DNA of 64,000 nt from the human T2T-CHM13v2.0 reference genome, Homo sapiens: assembly GCF_009914755.1 (NCBI RefSeq), contig NC_060926.1, one strand, 5' to 3'. The first letter of the stretch is position 1. Each line of letters opens with the position of its first letter. Below, in pieces: positions 15,001 through 32,583 of this stretch. Made by a program: the position numbers and the translations under genes. A model generated the notes under the pieces. That model saw only the letters and a program-made list of their open reading frames with translations. It had not been told where the DNA came from and did not search any database.

Positions 15001-16650
15001 TCTAGAATGTAAAAATATAACTGAGCCAGGCACAGTGGCTTATGCCTGTAATCTCAGCACTTTGGGAGTCTACGTAGGAAGATCACTTGAGCCCAGGAGT
15101 TTGAGACCAGACTGGACAACATAGTGAGACCCCATCATTACAAAAAAGTTAGCCAGGTGGAGTGCTGCACACCTGTAGTCCCAAGCTACTCAGAAGGCTG
15201 AAGTAAGAGGATCACCTGAGCCCAGGAGCTTGAGACTGCAGTGAGCCATGTTCATGCTACTGCACTCCAGCCTGAGTAACAAAGTGAGATCCTGTGTCAA
15301 AAAAAAATGTATATATATAGATACACATATTTATAAGCGTATATATATATATATAAAACTGAAAGTAAGAATTCAATATATCAATTTGATGAATTGAAAG
15401 TATGAAGAGACAAAACAATAGAAAAGATGGAAGAGAAGATAAGAGGCAGAGATACAGTGACAAGATCTATTAAAGTGTAATTTGAGTCCCAGAAGGAGAG
15501 AAGAGTGCAGAATATTTTAATAAACAATGACTGAGAATTTTCCAAAACAAAAGACATCAATCCACAGATTATATAAACTCTACTAAACCCCAAGCATAAT
15601 AAATGCAAAGAAAATTCTCTACCTAGACCCATTACAGTGAATTGTGGGGGGAAAAAAAAGAACATATTAAAAACAGATTAATTTCAAAGATGCAACAAAT
15701 ATGCCATTGACTGATTTCTCTGCAGAAATAATGAAATCTGGAAGACATATATTCTAAGTGTGAAAAGCAAATTACTGTCAAAACTTCTCTTAAAAAATAA
15801 AGTCAACATTAAGCCTCTTTTAGACAAAGAAGAAATTGAAAATGGAAACCCAAAAATAAATTAAGCAGAATAATGGAGGAACTATATCAAAACTTGTGAG
15901 ATGCTCCTAAATTCAGAATTAGAGGGAAATGTATAGGCTTAAATATATATGTTATATAAAAAACTATCTAAACTTAGTAGTTAAATTCTACTAGAATTTA
16001 AAAAATAAAAATAAGAGCAAGAATTAATGACTTAGGAAACACACAATAGACAGGATCCAAAAGACCAAAAGTTGACTTTTTAAACTTAATAAAACTAAAA
16101 AATTCCTGCTGAAACTGATTAAATAGAGAGAGTCTAAAAATATTTATCAAAATGAATAAGGGAATATCATTGCAGATCAGCAGACATTAAAATGAGTGTA
16201 TTATTAAAAAAAAAACTTTTGCCAATGAATTTGAAAATTTTAGTGAAATTTAAAGTTCCTCAAAAAACATAACTTTTAAAATTGATAAGCATAAATAGCA
16301 TTTCTGAATAGTCCAATAATTTTAAAAGAAATTTATTATTAAAAACCCTCCCACAATAAAAGCATAAAAAATAAAATACTTCAAGACAAATATAATAAAA
16401 GATATGCAAGATCTCACCACAGAAAAGTATATAATATTACTGAAGGAAATCAAAAATACCTAAATAAAGGATGGATATGCCATATTTATTAAGTGGAAGA
16501 CTCAATATTGTAAAGATATCAGTTCTCCTCAAGTTGATCTATATATTCAATGCCACCAAATCAAAATACCATTTGGTGTTTTGGGTGGAAATTGACAAGA
16601 TACTTCTAAAACTTATATATAAATGCAAGGACCAAGAATAACCAAGCCAG
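12010..16650 (+). mobile_element. Patchwork of old L1M (L1ME/L1MC-type) fragments, including a short antisense L1 3' piece at ~12415-12650
   Basis: A-rich degenerate ORF1/ORF2/3'UTR homology; antisense piece encodes MDWIKEMYIYTMECYAVIKK (ORF2 C-terminus). Confidence 0.6.
15024..15308 (+). mobile_element. AluJ followed by (TA)n-rich tail to ~15356
   Basis: Diverged Alu dimer with J-type aggatcacttgagcccaggag arms. Confidence 0.85.
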
Positions 16651-16702
16651 GTGTTATATCAGCAATGGCAGAGTAGAAATTCCAAAAATCTATCTCTACA
16701 CG

Positions 16703-17142
16703 TGTAAGGAAAATCTATGTGCTATGGTGAGTTGAGTCAGATATCTGGGCCAGTGTGACTCAGTGAGTTTGGAGCACAGGTGCAAAACTCTACTTGTTAT
16801 ATAACCTGTTCATGTAAACTCATACTTGGCTCCCAGCCACTATTGTCTGTAAAAGGTACAATTGCCCTGCTGATGCTGTACATATGGTTCACACCCAGAA
16901 AGAGAGAGTGGAGCTGCTGACCCTGTAAGGGAGAGCCATGGGGATGGCAGGAGCTGCGGATCCAGCCGCTGAGAAGGGCTGCAGCCAGAGCGGGCAACCA
17001 AGATAAAGACAGAGCAGCCAGAGAATAAAAGCCATATTTTACGTGCCTATGGCCCCCTGAGTGTTCTTTCAGCTATCTGCCATCCGTCCACCCACTCCCC
17101 TCAGACCTCAGCATGGGCTGGAACCTGACACTTGGCGTGACA
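16703..17142 (+). mobile_element. ERVL solo LTR of the LTR18/LTR32 group
   Basis: TG...CA termini (TGTAAGG...GTGACA), TSD ACACG/ACACA, AATAAA at 17024-17029; resembles recalled LTR18B/LTR32 consensus. Confidence 0.75.
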
Positions 17143-18474
17143 ACACAAAAATAACAGTCTGGCAAAAACTGTCCTAATCAACTTTATCAAAACTCTGGAA
17201 AATAACCAAAGGTTTCAGCAACCAAGTGAATGCTTAATAAAGAAAAAGCAGCTGAATCTAGACAGGAGAGCTTTGTGGCATTTTAACTTACCCCAACCCT
17301 CATTCTCTAGCTTAGCAATGGTGTGAGTTCCTGGTGCCATAGTGAACAGAAAATATCTTGTTCTTGGGGGATTGTAGTTGTTTGTTTTGGCCTGTCTGGT
17401 GGCTCTTTGAAGGACTAGCTCACAGGTCTTAATTTTATTTAATCTAACTAGGAATGCTCCAGTAGAGAGGTACTACCCTGGAAGATTTTGTCAAAATTAT
17501 ATAAAGGCAAATATATGAGCCACTGCCTCGTGGCCCAAGGGATAACAGTTGAGGCAACTAGCAGACAAAGCAGAAAGCCTGGGAGGAAAGATGAGAGTAA
17601 GATGCTTTGGGAAACAAAAGCTTTGAAAATCTCCTACATATTTTTGGGAATCCAGAAGGACACACTCATGCTCAAGGTTGAGTGTGTACTCACAAAAGAC
17701 ATGAGAAGAACTAAGCTCTAACCTCTGGCTAACCTTCAGCTTGGCCCAACCAGGAAGTGAAGGCTAATGCAGATTTGTAAACTGCCCAGCTGAGTGTTGA
17801 AGTCATACCCCAAGGCACACACAGAGCCCATCTGCAAAACCTGGGAAATTTTTGTTGTTGTTTCAGACATTTAATGAAATCTCTGTTGAATTACTAGCTG
17901 AACACTAAACTGATTGAATAGAGACATACAACAAAAAATACTGACCTTACAAAATTAGTTTATAAAAGTCTTTAAACAAACCAAAGACAGCAACAAGAAA
18001 CCCTGGGAAGTGGGGACCGTCTAATTTCCAGAGTTGTGACATTATAATATTCTAAATGTCTGCTTTTCAACAACAAAAAATACAAAGCATCCAAAGACAT
18101 AAGAAATTATGACCCATTCAAAAACAATAAAAACTGACCCTAATGAATGCCAGACATTGGGCTTACTAGACAAAAACTTTAAATCAAATATTTTAAATGT
18201 GCTCATACAGTTAAAGGAAACATGAACAAATAACTAAAGGAAAACATGAGAATGATGACTCACCAAAATAGAGAATATCAATGAGATAGAATTTATTAAA
18301 AGGAAACAAGTAGAACTTTTGGAGATAAAAAGTACAATAATTAAAATGAAAAATATACAAAAGGGATACAACAATAGATGTTAAGAAACAGAAGAAAATG
18401 TCACGAACATGCAGATAGGTCTATTGAGATTACTCAATTTGGTGAGCAAAAATAAAAAAATACAAACAGAACCT

Positions 18475-19093
<619 letters not shown>

Positions 19094-22000
19094 CTAAGAT
19101 ACCTGAGAGATACCATCAACCATACCAACATACACTAATGGAAATCTGAGAAGAGGAGAGAGAAGGGGAAAGAAAGAATATTTGAAGAAATAATGGTCCA
19201 TACTTCCCAAATTGATGAAAGGTATGAATCTACACATCCAAAGACCTTAATGAATTCTAAGTAGGATAAACTCAAAGACAGCTATACCAAGACATGCTAT
19301 AATCAAACTATCAAAAGACCAGACAAAGAAATAATCCTGAAAGCAGCAAGAGAGAAGTGAATTTTAACAGATAAGAGATTCTCAGTAAAATTAATGGCTG
19401 ATTCTCATCAGAATCCATGATGTCAGAGGCAATGGAATGGCATATTCAAAGTGCTGTGGGGGAAAGAGGGACTGTTAACCAAGAATTCTATATCTGGCAA
19501 AATGATCCTTCAAAAATGAAGAAAAATTTAAGATATTCCCAGATAAACAAAAACTGAGAAGGTCTGTCACTAGTAGAACTGCCCTACAAGAAATACTAAA
19601 AGGAGTTGTTCAGACTAAAATGAAAGGACACTAGACAGTAAACTGAATTCACACGAAGAAATAAATAACACAAGTAAGCGTAACTACATAGGTAAATATA
19701 TGTCACTAAGAATATACTTTTGGCTTATAATTTCTCTTTTCATTTTGTATATAATTAAAAAGGCAAAAGCATAAAACAATAATTATAAATATATGTTGGT
19801 CATGCAATGTATAAAAATATAGTTTGTGACACAATAACAACACAAGAGAGGGCAGAGCTATGTAGTAGCAAATTTTTTATACAACTGAAACTAAGCTGGT
19901 ATTATTTCAAATTTAAATTTTTATGAATTCAGATGTCAATTGTAGTCCATGACATGATCACTATGAAAACAACTAAAAATATATACAATATAGTAAAAGA
20001 AATCAGCAGAGAATCAAAATCAATATCTAACTAACAAAAAGAAGGCAGTGATTGAGGAATTGAGGAACAACAAGGATATGACATGTAAAAAAATCAGAGA
20101 AGTAAATTCTTCCTTATTAGTAATTATATTAAATGCAAATGGATTAAAGTCTCCAATTTAAAGACAGAGATTGGCAGAATGGATTTCAAACACACACACA
20201 CACACAATTCAGTTACATGCTGCCTACAAGAGATTCACGTTAGATCCAACCAGTGACTAAAAGAGCTGAAGTGGCTATAATAATATCAGGAAAAAAATAG
20301 ACTTCAAGACGAAAGTTGTTACAAAAGACAGGGATATAATTTAATGATAAGACAATCATCAAAAAGACATAACAATTGTAAATACATATGCACCTAACAA
20401 CCAAGTCCCAAAATATATAAATTAAAAACTGACAGAATTGAAGGCAGAGATAGTTCAATGAAAACAGTTGGAAATTTCAATGTCCCATCTTTAATAAGGG
20501 ATAGAACAATTACGAAAAATAAATAAGGTAATAGAAGACTTCAACAACATTAAAACTAATATTAATAGATTTGGCAGATGTATATAGAACACTGTACCCA
20601 ACAATATCAGAATAAACATTCTTCTCAAGTACACATAGTACATTCTCCTGGATAGTTTATACGTCAGGCCACAAAACAAGTCTCAATAAACTTAAAAAGA
20701 TTGAGCCATAAAAAGCATCCTTTCAAACACTAAAGGAATAAAATTAGAAATAAATAACAGAAGGAAATATGGACAATTCACAAATATATGGAAATAAAAT
20801 GATACACTTTTAAGAAATCACAAGGGAAATTAGAAAATACTTTATTCATTTTTTTAAAACTTCAACTTTTACCTTAGATTCAGGTTTCTTAACACGTGCA
20901 TATTGCATGTTGCTGAAGTTTGGATACAAATGATCCTATCACTGAAGTAGTGAGCATAATACCCAATAGTTAGTTTTTCAACCCTCTCTTCCTCCCCTAT
21001 CTGGTAGTCTCCAGTGTCCATTTTTCCAATCTTTATGTCCATGTGTACCCATTGTTTAGGTTCCCCTTATAAATGAGAACATGGAGTATTTAGTTTTCTG
21101 TTTCTGTGTTAATTTAGTTATAATAATGACCTCCAGCTGCATCCATGTTGCTGCAAAGGACCTGATTATATTCCTTTATGTGGTTGCATCATATTCCATG
21201 GTTTATAGTGCCACATTTTCTTTATCCAGTCCACCATGATGACAGAATCTAGGTTGACTGAATATCTTTGCTATTGTGAATCTTTGCTATTGTGAATACT
21301 GCAAGTGCATGTGTCTTCTTAGTAGAACAATTGATTTTCTTTTGGATATATACCCATTAATGGGAATGGTGGATTGAACGGTAATTCCATTTTAAGTTAT
21401 TTCATAAATCTCCAAACTGCTTTTTAAAGTGGCTGAATTAGTTTACATTGTGAACAAATGCACAGTTTATACACCAACAGTGTATAAGTGTTCCGTTTTC
21501 AATGCAGCCTCACCAGCATCTGTTAATTTTTGACTTTTTAATAATAGCCATTCTGACTGGTGTGAAATGGTATCTCATTGTGGTTTTTATTTGCATTTCT
21601 CTGATGATTAGTGATGTTGAGAATTTTTATATGTTTTTGGACGCCTGTATGTCTTCTTTTGAGAAGTGTCTATTCATATCTTTTGTCCACTTTTTAATGG
21701 AGTTGTTTTTTGCTTGTTGAATTAACTTTCTTATAGATTCTGAAAATTAGACTTTTTCAGATACATATTTTCTCCCATTCTGTAGGTTGTGTTTACCCTG
21801 TTGATAGTTTCTTTTTCTGCACAAAAGGTCTTCCACTTAATTTGGTCCCATATATCAATTTTTGGTTTTGTTGCAATTGCTTTGGAGGACTTAATCATAA
21901 ATTCTTTTCCAAGGCTGATGTCTAAAATGGTGTTTCCTAGGTTATCTTCTAAGATTTTTATAGTTTGAGGTCTTACATTTAAATCTTTAATCCATCTGGA

Positions 22001-23753
22001 GTTAATTTTGGTATATAGTGAAACATAAGAGTCCAGTTTCATTCTTCTGCATATAGCTAGTCAGCTATCCTAACACCATTTATTAAACAGAAAATCTTTT
22101 CCCCATTGTTTATTAGTGTCAACTTTGTCAAAGATGAGATGACTGTAGGTGTGCAGCTTTATTTCTGGGGTCTCTATTCTATTCTATTGGTCTGTGTGTC
22201 TATTTTTGTACCAGTACCATGCTGCTTTGGTTACTGTAGCCTTATAGTACAGTTTGGAGTTGGGTAATATAATGCCCCAGCTTTGTTCTTTTTACACGGG
22301 ATTGCTTTGGCCATTCAGATTCTTTTTTGGTTATATATGAATTTTAGAATAGTTTTGCAGTGATATGGGTAGTTTGATAGGAATAGCATTAAATTTGTAT
22401 ATTGCTTTGGGAAGTATGGTCATTTTAACAGTATTGATTCTTCAAGTGAATTAGCATAGAATGTTTTTCCATTTGTTTGTGTCATTTATGATTTCTCCTG
22501 GTGGTATTTTGCAGTTCTCCTTGTAGAGATCTTTCACCTCCTTGGTTAGATGTATTATTCTTTTTGTGGCTATTGTAAGTGCCATTCCTTTCTTGATTTA
22601 GCTCTCAGTTTAAATGTTATCGTTGTATAGAAATGCTATTGATTTTTGTGCATTGATTTTATATCCTGAAACTCACTGAAGACATTTATCAGTTTTCTAG
22701 TTATAAAATCAAATGGTTGGAGAAGAAAGATTGTTTGAGTTCTTCTTTTCCTATTTGGATGTCTTTTATTTTTTTCTCTTGCCTGATTGCTTTGGCTATG
22801 ATTTCCAGTACTATGTTAAAAAGGAGTGATGAGAGTAGGAATCCTTGTCTTGTTCCAGTTCTCAAGGAGAATGGTTCCAGCTTTTTCCCATTCAGTATGA
22901 TGTTGGCTGTGGATCTGTCATAGGTGATTCTTAATATTTTGAAGTATGTCCCTTCAATGCCTAGTTTCTTTTTTAATAATTTTTGTCATGAAGAAATGTT
23001 GGATTTTATCAAAAGCATTTTCTGTGTCTATTGAGATGATCATATGCTTTTTTATTTTAATTCAGTTTTTGTGGTGAGTCACATTTGCTGATTTGTGTAT
23101 GTTGAACCAACATTGCATCCCAGGAATGAAGCCTACTTGGTCATGGTGAATTAACTTTTTAATATGCTGCTGGATTCACTTTCCTAGTATTTTGTTGAGA
23201 ATTTTCGCATCTATGTTCATCATAGATATTGGCCTGACGTTTTCATTTTTGTTGTGTCTGTGCCAGATATTGGTATCAGGATGATGCTGACTTCACAGAA
23301 TGAGTTAGAGAGGAGTCCTTCCTTTTTTGATTTTTTGGAATAGTTTCAGTAGGATTGGTACCAGCTATTCTTTGTATATCTGGTAGAATTCCACTGTGAA
23401 TCTTTCTGGTCCAGGGCTTTGCTTGGTAGGATTTTTATTCCCAATTCAATTTCATTACTCATTATTGGTCTGTTCAGGATTTCTGTTTTTTCCTGGTTCA
23501 ATCTTGGGAGTGTCTTGGGTGTGTCTCCAGAAATTGATCCATTTCCTCTAGACTTTTCATGTTTCAATGCATAGAGTTATTAATAATAGTCTCTGAGGAT
23601 CTTTTGTATTTCTGTAGCATTGGTTGTGATATCACCTTTGTCATTTCTGATTGTGTTTATTTGGATCTTCTCTCTTTTTTCTTTGTTAATATAGTTAGTG
23701 GTCTATCAATCTTGTTTATCCTTTCAAAAAACAAACTGTTTTATTAATTCTTT

Positions 23754-26099
<2,346 letters not shown>

Positions 26100-26280
26100 T
26101 TTATTAATTCTTTGTATGGATTTTGGGGTCCCAATTTCATTTAGTTCTGCTCTGATTTTAGTTATTCTTTTTCTTCTGCTAACTTCAGGATTTGTTTGTT
26201 CTTGTTTTTCTAGTTCCTCTAATTGCAATATTAGATCATGAATCTAATTCTCAATGTAGGAATTTAGCACTATAAACTTT

Positions 26281-26561
26281 TTTTTTTTTTGAGACAGGGT
26301 CTCACTCTGTTGCCCAGGCTGTACTGTGGTGGAGTGATCATGGCTCACTGCAGCCTCAACCTCCCCAGGGTCAGGTGATCCTCCCTCCTGTACCTCCCAA
26401 GTAGCTGGGACTGCAGGCACACACCACTATGCCTGGCTAATTTCTGTATTTTTTGTAGAGACAGGGTTTTGCCAGGTTGCCCAGGATGATCTCAAACTGA
26501 GTTCAAGTGCCCTCCACCTCCGCCTCCCAAAGTGCTGGGATTACAGGCACTGCACCCAGAC
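26281..26561 (-). mobile_element. AluJ
   Basis: Antisense diverged Alu; TSD cact(a/g)taaacttt. Confidence 0.85.
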
Positions 26562-29265
26562 ACACTGTAAACTTTTAACACTGCTTTGCTGCATCCCAGA
26601 GATTTCAGCATATTGTGTCTCTCTTTTCATTTGTTTCAAAGAAGTGTTTTATTTCTGCCTTAATATGTTGTTTACCCAAAAGTCACTCAGAATAAAGTTG
26701 TTTAGTTTCCATGTAATTGTGTGGTTTTGAGAGATCATGGTATTGATTTCTATTTTAATTCCACTGTTGTCTGAGAGTATGCTTGGTATGATTTTGATCT
26801 TTTTGCATCTATCAAATCTATTATGGTTGAGCATGTGGTTGATCTTAGACTGTGTTCCACATACAGATGAAAAAAATGTATATTCTGTGGTTGATGGGTG
26901 GAGTATTCTGTAGATAGATCTTAGATCCAATTGATTAAGTGTCTGATTTATGTCCAGAATTTTTTTGTTAGTTTTCTGCCACAATGATGTGTCTAATACT
27001 GTCAGTGGGATCTTGAAGTACCCCCACTATTATGATGTGGCTTTCCAAGTCTTTTTGTAGGTCTTGAAGTAGTTGTTTTATGAATCTGGGTATTCCAATG
27101 TTGGGTGCATCTATATTTAGGATAGTTAAGTCTTTTTGTTGAATTCAACCCATTACCGTTATGTAATGCCCTACTTTGTCCTTTGTTACTGTTGTCAATT
27201 TAGTCTTATTTCTACAATATAAGAATAGTCACTTCCTCTTCTCTTGTTTTCCTTTTGCATGATAGATCTTTCTCCACCCCTTTACTTTGAGCCTATTGGT
27301 TTTGTTGCATGACAAATGGGTCTCTTGAAGATAGATGGTTGGGTCTTATTTTTTTATCCAACTTGCTACTCTGTGCCTGTTAAATGGGGTGTTTAGACCA
27401 CTTATATCCAAGGTTAATATTGATATGTAAGGTTTTGATCCTATTGTGATGTTTTTAGCTGGTTGCTTTGTAGTCTTGATTGTGTAGTTGCTTTATAGAG
27501 TCTATGGGCTCTGGACTTAAGTGTGTCTTTGTGGTAGCAGGTATCACTCCTTCATTTCCGTGTTTAGAGCTCTTTTATGAATCTTTTGTAACGCTAGTCT
27601 AGTGGTAAAGAATTGCCTTAGCAATTGCTTATCTGGAAAAGCTTTTATTTCTCCTTTGCTTATGAAGCTTAGTCTGACAGGATATGAAATTGTTGGTTGG
27701 AATTTCTTTTCTTTAAGAATGCTGAATATAGTTCTGTTATCTCTTCTGGCTTGTAATGTTTTTGCTGAGAAGTCTGCTGTTAGCCTGATAGGACGACCTT
27801 TGTAAGGGATCTGACCTTTTCCTCTAGCTGCCTTTAAGAATTTTTTTTTTCACATTGATCATGGAAAGTTTGATGACTATGTGTCTTGGGGATGGTCATC
27901 TTATATAGTATCTCCCAGGGTTTCTCTGAATTTCTTGAAATTGCATGTCAACCTCCCTAGCAATATTGGGAAAACTGTCATGGACTATATTCTCAAATAT
28001 GTTACCCGAGTTGTTTACCTTTTCTCCTGTCTCAGGAATGCCAGTATGGCATAGGTTTTATCTATTTGCATAATCTCATATTTCTCATAGCCTTTGTCCA
28101 TTTTTTAAATTCTTTTTTCTTTATTTTTGCCTAACTGGGTTGTTTTGAGGGGACAGTCTTTGAGCTCTGAAATTCGTTTTTTGACTTGGCCTAGTATGTT
28201 GTTAATGCTTCCAATTGTATTTTGAAACTCCTGTGGTGAATTTTTCAATTCCAGGAGTTCAGTTTTGTTTTTTCTTCATATAGCTATGTCATCTTTCAAC
28301 TCTTGGATCATTTTACTGGCTTCTTTGGACTGGATTTCAACTTTCTGTTAGATCTCATTGAGTTTCATTGCCATCCAGGTTCTGAATTCTATGTCTGTCA
28401 TTTCAGACATTTCAATCTGGTTAGATACATTGCAATCTTTTAGAGGTAAGGAAACACTGATTTTTTGAATTGCCAGAATTCTTTTGCTGATTCCTAATTA
28501 TCCAAGGGGGCTAGTGTTTATCATTTTCAAGTTTCTGTCATTTCGTTGAGGCTTTTTTTTTTGTATTCCTGTTTTCCTTTGAGGGCTTGACTGTGGTGTA
28601 TGTTGTGTATAGTTCATTGGCTTTGTTTCTGGGTGCTTTCAGAGAGCCAACACTTTGCACAGGTTTCTTAGTTGTAGCTAGTTTCCCACATTGGCTTTCA
28701 CAGATGTTGTGTGATTAATCAATGGCATTAGAATTCAAAATTGTTTTTGCCTTTTGGGATAAGGAGGGGTACTGTTTTTTGACCTAGGTGGTGGTACATG
28801 TGCACATTTGCGTTGTGAGAATTCATTGACCCATACACTAATAATATGTATTTTTCTGTATATGTTAGACTTTAATTTTTTAAGTGTTTAAAAACTGATC
28901 TATAGTGTTGTTAGAAGTTAGGATAATGATTACCTGTGGGAAGAAGGAAGGGGAAATCATTGCGGTGGAGAGAGGCATGAGAGAAATGTCTCTAGTGTAT
29001 CAGCACAGGTCTCTTCTCAACCGCAGGTATTGATTTGTGATCATTTGTAGAGCTGTATATTCGGTTTTTGCACTTTTCTATGTGGGTCATGGTAAAAATA
29101 TTTTTAAAAACAAGAAATAAGGAAAACATACTTGTACTCCTATTGGAATGAGGATTCAAAATGTTTATATATCCTAAGCAAGAGTCTACTGTATTTATAT
29201 TTCTTCATATTGATTTTGCTTTAAAATAGCATAAGATGATATTGTGTTCTTGCTGTTCAATTCAG

Positions 29266-29426
29266 GGTGCAGTCAATTTCACTGGGGCAAGGACAAGGAC
29301 CTATTGCTGAAAAAATGGTCAAGGATGCAATGAAATCAGGAAACTGGGTATTTTTGCAAAATTGCCATCTTGCTGTTTCTTGGATGTTGGCAATGGAAGA
29401 GCTCATTAAAACCTTCACAGATCCAG
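29266..29426 (+). CDS. DNAH6: DNAH6 coding exon B (161 nt; RVQSISLGQGQGPIAEKMVKDAMKSGNWVFLQNCHL...TDP)
   Basis: ttcag acceptor, CAG|gtatgt donor; phase 2 to 1; conserved SLGQGQ and GNWVFLQNCHL motifs. Not in the ORF track. Confidence 0.93.
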
Positions 29427-31409
29427 GTATGTTGAGCATATAGCCCTTGCATAATAATCACATTTTTATGTAACCTTTTCTTGTTGAATTCATTCCTTAT
29501 AGTAATTCATTATTGTAGGCACTGTGTTTCCATATATGAAAGAGGAGAAATTTGAGGCCTAGACAGATTTAGCTAATTTACACAACCAGGGTTTGATAAA
29601 AGGCCTTCAGAATTCCAAGTTGAGGCTAGGATCCACTGGATCATTTCTGTTTCTTATTGCCTTCTATGAGAGGTCATTTGAATTTGAAATATATTACTTA
29701 TAGGCATAATAAAAAGAAAAATATACTTAGGACAAACAAAGGAAATTAAATCCTTCCCTATAAAATGAGAAATGTAAAGGAACAGAGTTCAAATTACCAC
29801 CAATTCCCTTAGAGTAGTGTTTTACCACCTTTTATCTTCTGTAACCCGCATGGCAACTAACCTTTACATGTGCCTCAGAGCCACACCTAACCCATGGGCG
29901 TGCTCAGCATTACTCATAGTTGCTAGCACTAGTTTTATCTCACCACTTTTTTGCCTACTCAAGAAAGTGTAACGGGCTGCAAAGAGAGGAAGTGGAATTA
30001 GAATCTACTCATTTTAAAGTGTTACTATAAAAATAATCAAAACCTCAGGAACTATTTTATTGGTAACAAATTGTGTGGGTCCCACTCTACCACTCTGCTG
30101 TGAAGCCCTGGGAGAGAACCTCCAGGCAAGCATATCCAGAGAGAGCCCTTTCTCTGAGGCCTTTATTTGTGCCCTCCCTACAGAAAGCTTTCTGGAAAGG
30201 TGAAAGCTCTGCAGATGATCTTGCAAATCACTTTATTTAGTGCTGCTTATTAAGGTGAAGAGCTGCTCCTTTACAGAGTCCCCAGTCTGCTCTGGTCACT
30301 GAGCCAGCTCAGGGTTTAGCAGCCTTCCCCTAAAAGCCCTTCACTTCCTGGCCCCCTGCCCTCACCCACAAGCCTTCTGCAGGCTGCTTCTGACAAAGGT
30401 AAGGACTCATTTTTATCCACCATTCAGAATCTCCACTATTTCCACTCTTTTGCTGTCAAATAAGAGAGGGCCTGCTTCCTGCTGGGCCTGTGGCTTATTT
30501 CTACTTAAATAATTAAAGAGAAATGACAAGGAGGTCTTCAGTACTGGTCAGGGGTCCCCAGTGATTAGGAATATAATTAAGAAAAAAATGCTAGAGAGGC
30601 AGCAAAAAAGCAATTTACTGTGGTGGTACTACATGAGGCTCCAGAATATGGAGATGCCATTCAGTTTCACTGTAACTAGGACAAGAACATTTGCCAGTTC
30701 TTCAAGGAGACTGGATCGGCTAATGAAGCCAGCTGAAGTTGTTTGTGTATTTTAAGTGCTTACTAAACTTAAGTGGATAGAAAAAATCCTCTTATGGCCC
30801 TTGCTATAATCATTTATCACCTAACCATTTAAGTTCTGATGTTTAACTTGAACCAGTAGGAAATAAAATACATTCAGGTAATAAGCTGAAAATACAAAAG
30901 GAAGAAAAAGAAAAAAAACAAAACAAATAAAACCTCAGAACTTGAAATCCTAACACCTCCACAGAGTTCTGCCCCACCACTTCCTGACTGTGCATGTCAT
31001 ATCTTTTTTCTGGGCCAGTTTCCCCAGCTATAAAATGACTACATGACATCATCATGAAAAGTCCTGTACTAAGATGATTTCTAAGATGCTCTTCTAGTCC
31101 AGCCCTAAAATTCTATGATGTCTATGAAAGTTAAGAAGCTTGGTGCTTTTGCAATTATAAGAACAAAAGTATGGAAAAAATCCTTCTCCAAACCTGGCCT
31201 TCTTCTTTCTTTGGTTTTTTGGTTACTGAAATCATTGGCCCTAAGACTTTGGTTGTTGTTTGACTTCTTTGCCTAATAGTTTTTACTATGCAAACAGTGT
31301 TAGTATTGCTCTAGAATTTGGTAGAACTAACTTTTAATTTGGGCTATTTAATGTGGCTTGTGAATTTAGATTACCAAACCAAGAAGCATGAAATCAGCTT
31401 TGACTTGTT

Positions 31410-31820
31410 GTCATTCATTCCATAAATAATTAAGGGCCTAGTGTACCATGTATTGTTCTAGGATATGTTGATAAACAAAAGAACCATAGATATTTGTCCT
31501 CGTAGAGTTTCCATTCTAGTTGGGGGGAGACAGACAATGAATAAACCACATGGTAAATAAGTAACGTATACGTTGTGTTAGAACATGGTTGTGCTTTGGA
31601 AAAAATAAAAAGGAGAGTAAGGTAAGGAGGACCAGAAAGATTGAGATGGGATGTGAGTAGGGAGCAAGGAAGATAGCAATTTTAAGTGGTTTAATCTGAG
31701 TAGTCCTCTTTCAGAAGGTGATATTTGACCAAGACATGAAGAAAGTGAGGGAATCTGAGGGAACAGCCAGTGCAAAGGCCCTAGTGAGGGAGCCAGCCTA
31801 GCATGTTTGAGAAACAGCAT
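31410..31820 (-). mobile_element. L2 3' fragment
   Basis: tcattcattc tail motif and L2-like gggaacagccagtgcaaaggccct...gcatgtttgagaaacagca. Confidence 0.65.
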
Positions 31821-32494
31821 AATACGTACTTAAAAACCAATGCCAAGGAATTTGTCCTTGAATGATGCCTGTGTCTTCCTGTGATGGGAACAATGATTTT
31901 TCCAACTTTACTTTGGCCTTTTGAACCTACAGTGGAGCTCATTCTTTCTTGGGTCCTCTGTCCATATCTCAGAAAGTAAGTGCATTGACTTAACGTGCTA
32001 ATGCCACACATGAGGTCTCTCCATATCCTGGCTCCCTTGTTTCCTTTGCAACTTTTCTGCTGAGGGGAGAATTTTCTCAGTAGGGGTTTTTGGCCATTTT
32101 CATGCAACTTGTGTTAAATTGAAGGGTCAAAAAATCCTCATGAAAATAAATACATGGGCAATAACTGCCCTCTTTTTCAACTGAAAATGTTTCCTATTTC
32201 AAAGATAAGGCCCTTAATAGTTCAGCAAGTATTAAAAATTATCGTGTTCCTAATTTATTTACCCAAATGTGCCTGCTTCTAGACTGCCAAACCTTCCTAA
32301 CGTGAAGTTTCTAAAACAATGCATCTTACTCCCATTTTGAAACAGTTTACACTATACTTGTAATAGATTAACTAGATCTTTAAACAAAGCTTATAGCATT
32401 TTTTCCTTCTCTAGAAATAATCATGTCTTATAGAAAAGTGCTACTACCAACTAAACATTTTCCTTTTTTGTTGTTTTATCTTTGTTTTAAGCAG

Positions 32495-32583
32495 ATAGTG
32501 CTATCAAGGACACTTTTCGACTTTTTTTAAGCTCCATGCCTAGTAATACATTTCCTGTTACAGTTCTTCAAAATTCTGTCAAG
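32495..32583 (+). CDS. DNAH6: DNAH6 coding exon C (89 nt; DSAIKDTFRLFLSSMPSNTFPVTVLQNSVK)
   Basis: T-rich tract + aagcag acceptor; AAG|gtaatg donor; phase 1 to 0; FRLFLSS/FPVTVLQN motif. Confidence 0.92.

Noticed and set aside
21263-21297. Small tandem duplications (also ~6330-6370, ~52081-52117, ~52811-52845)
   Set aside because: Ordinary slippage events in degenerate repeats or AT-rich DNA.
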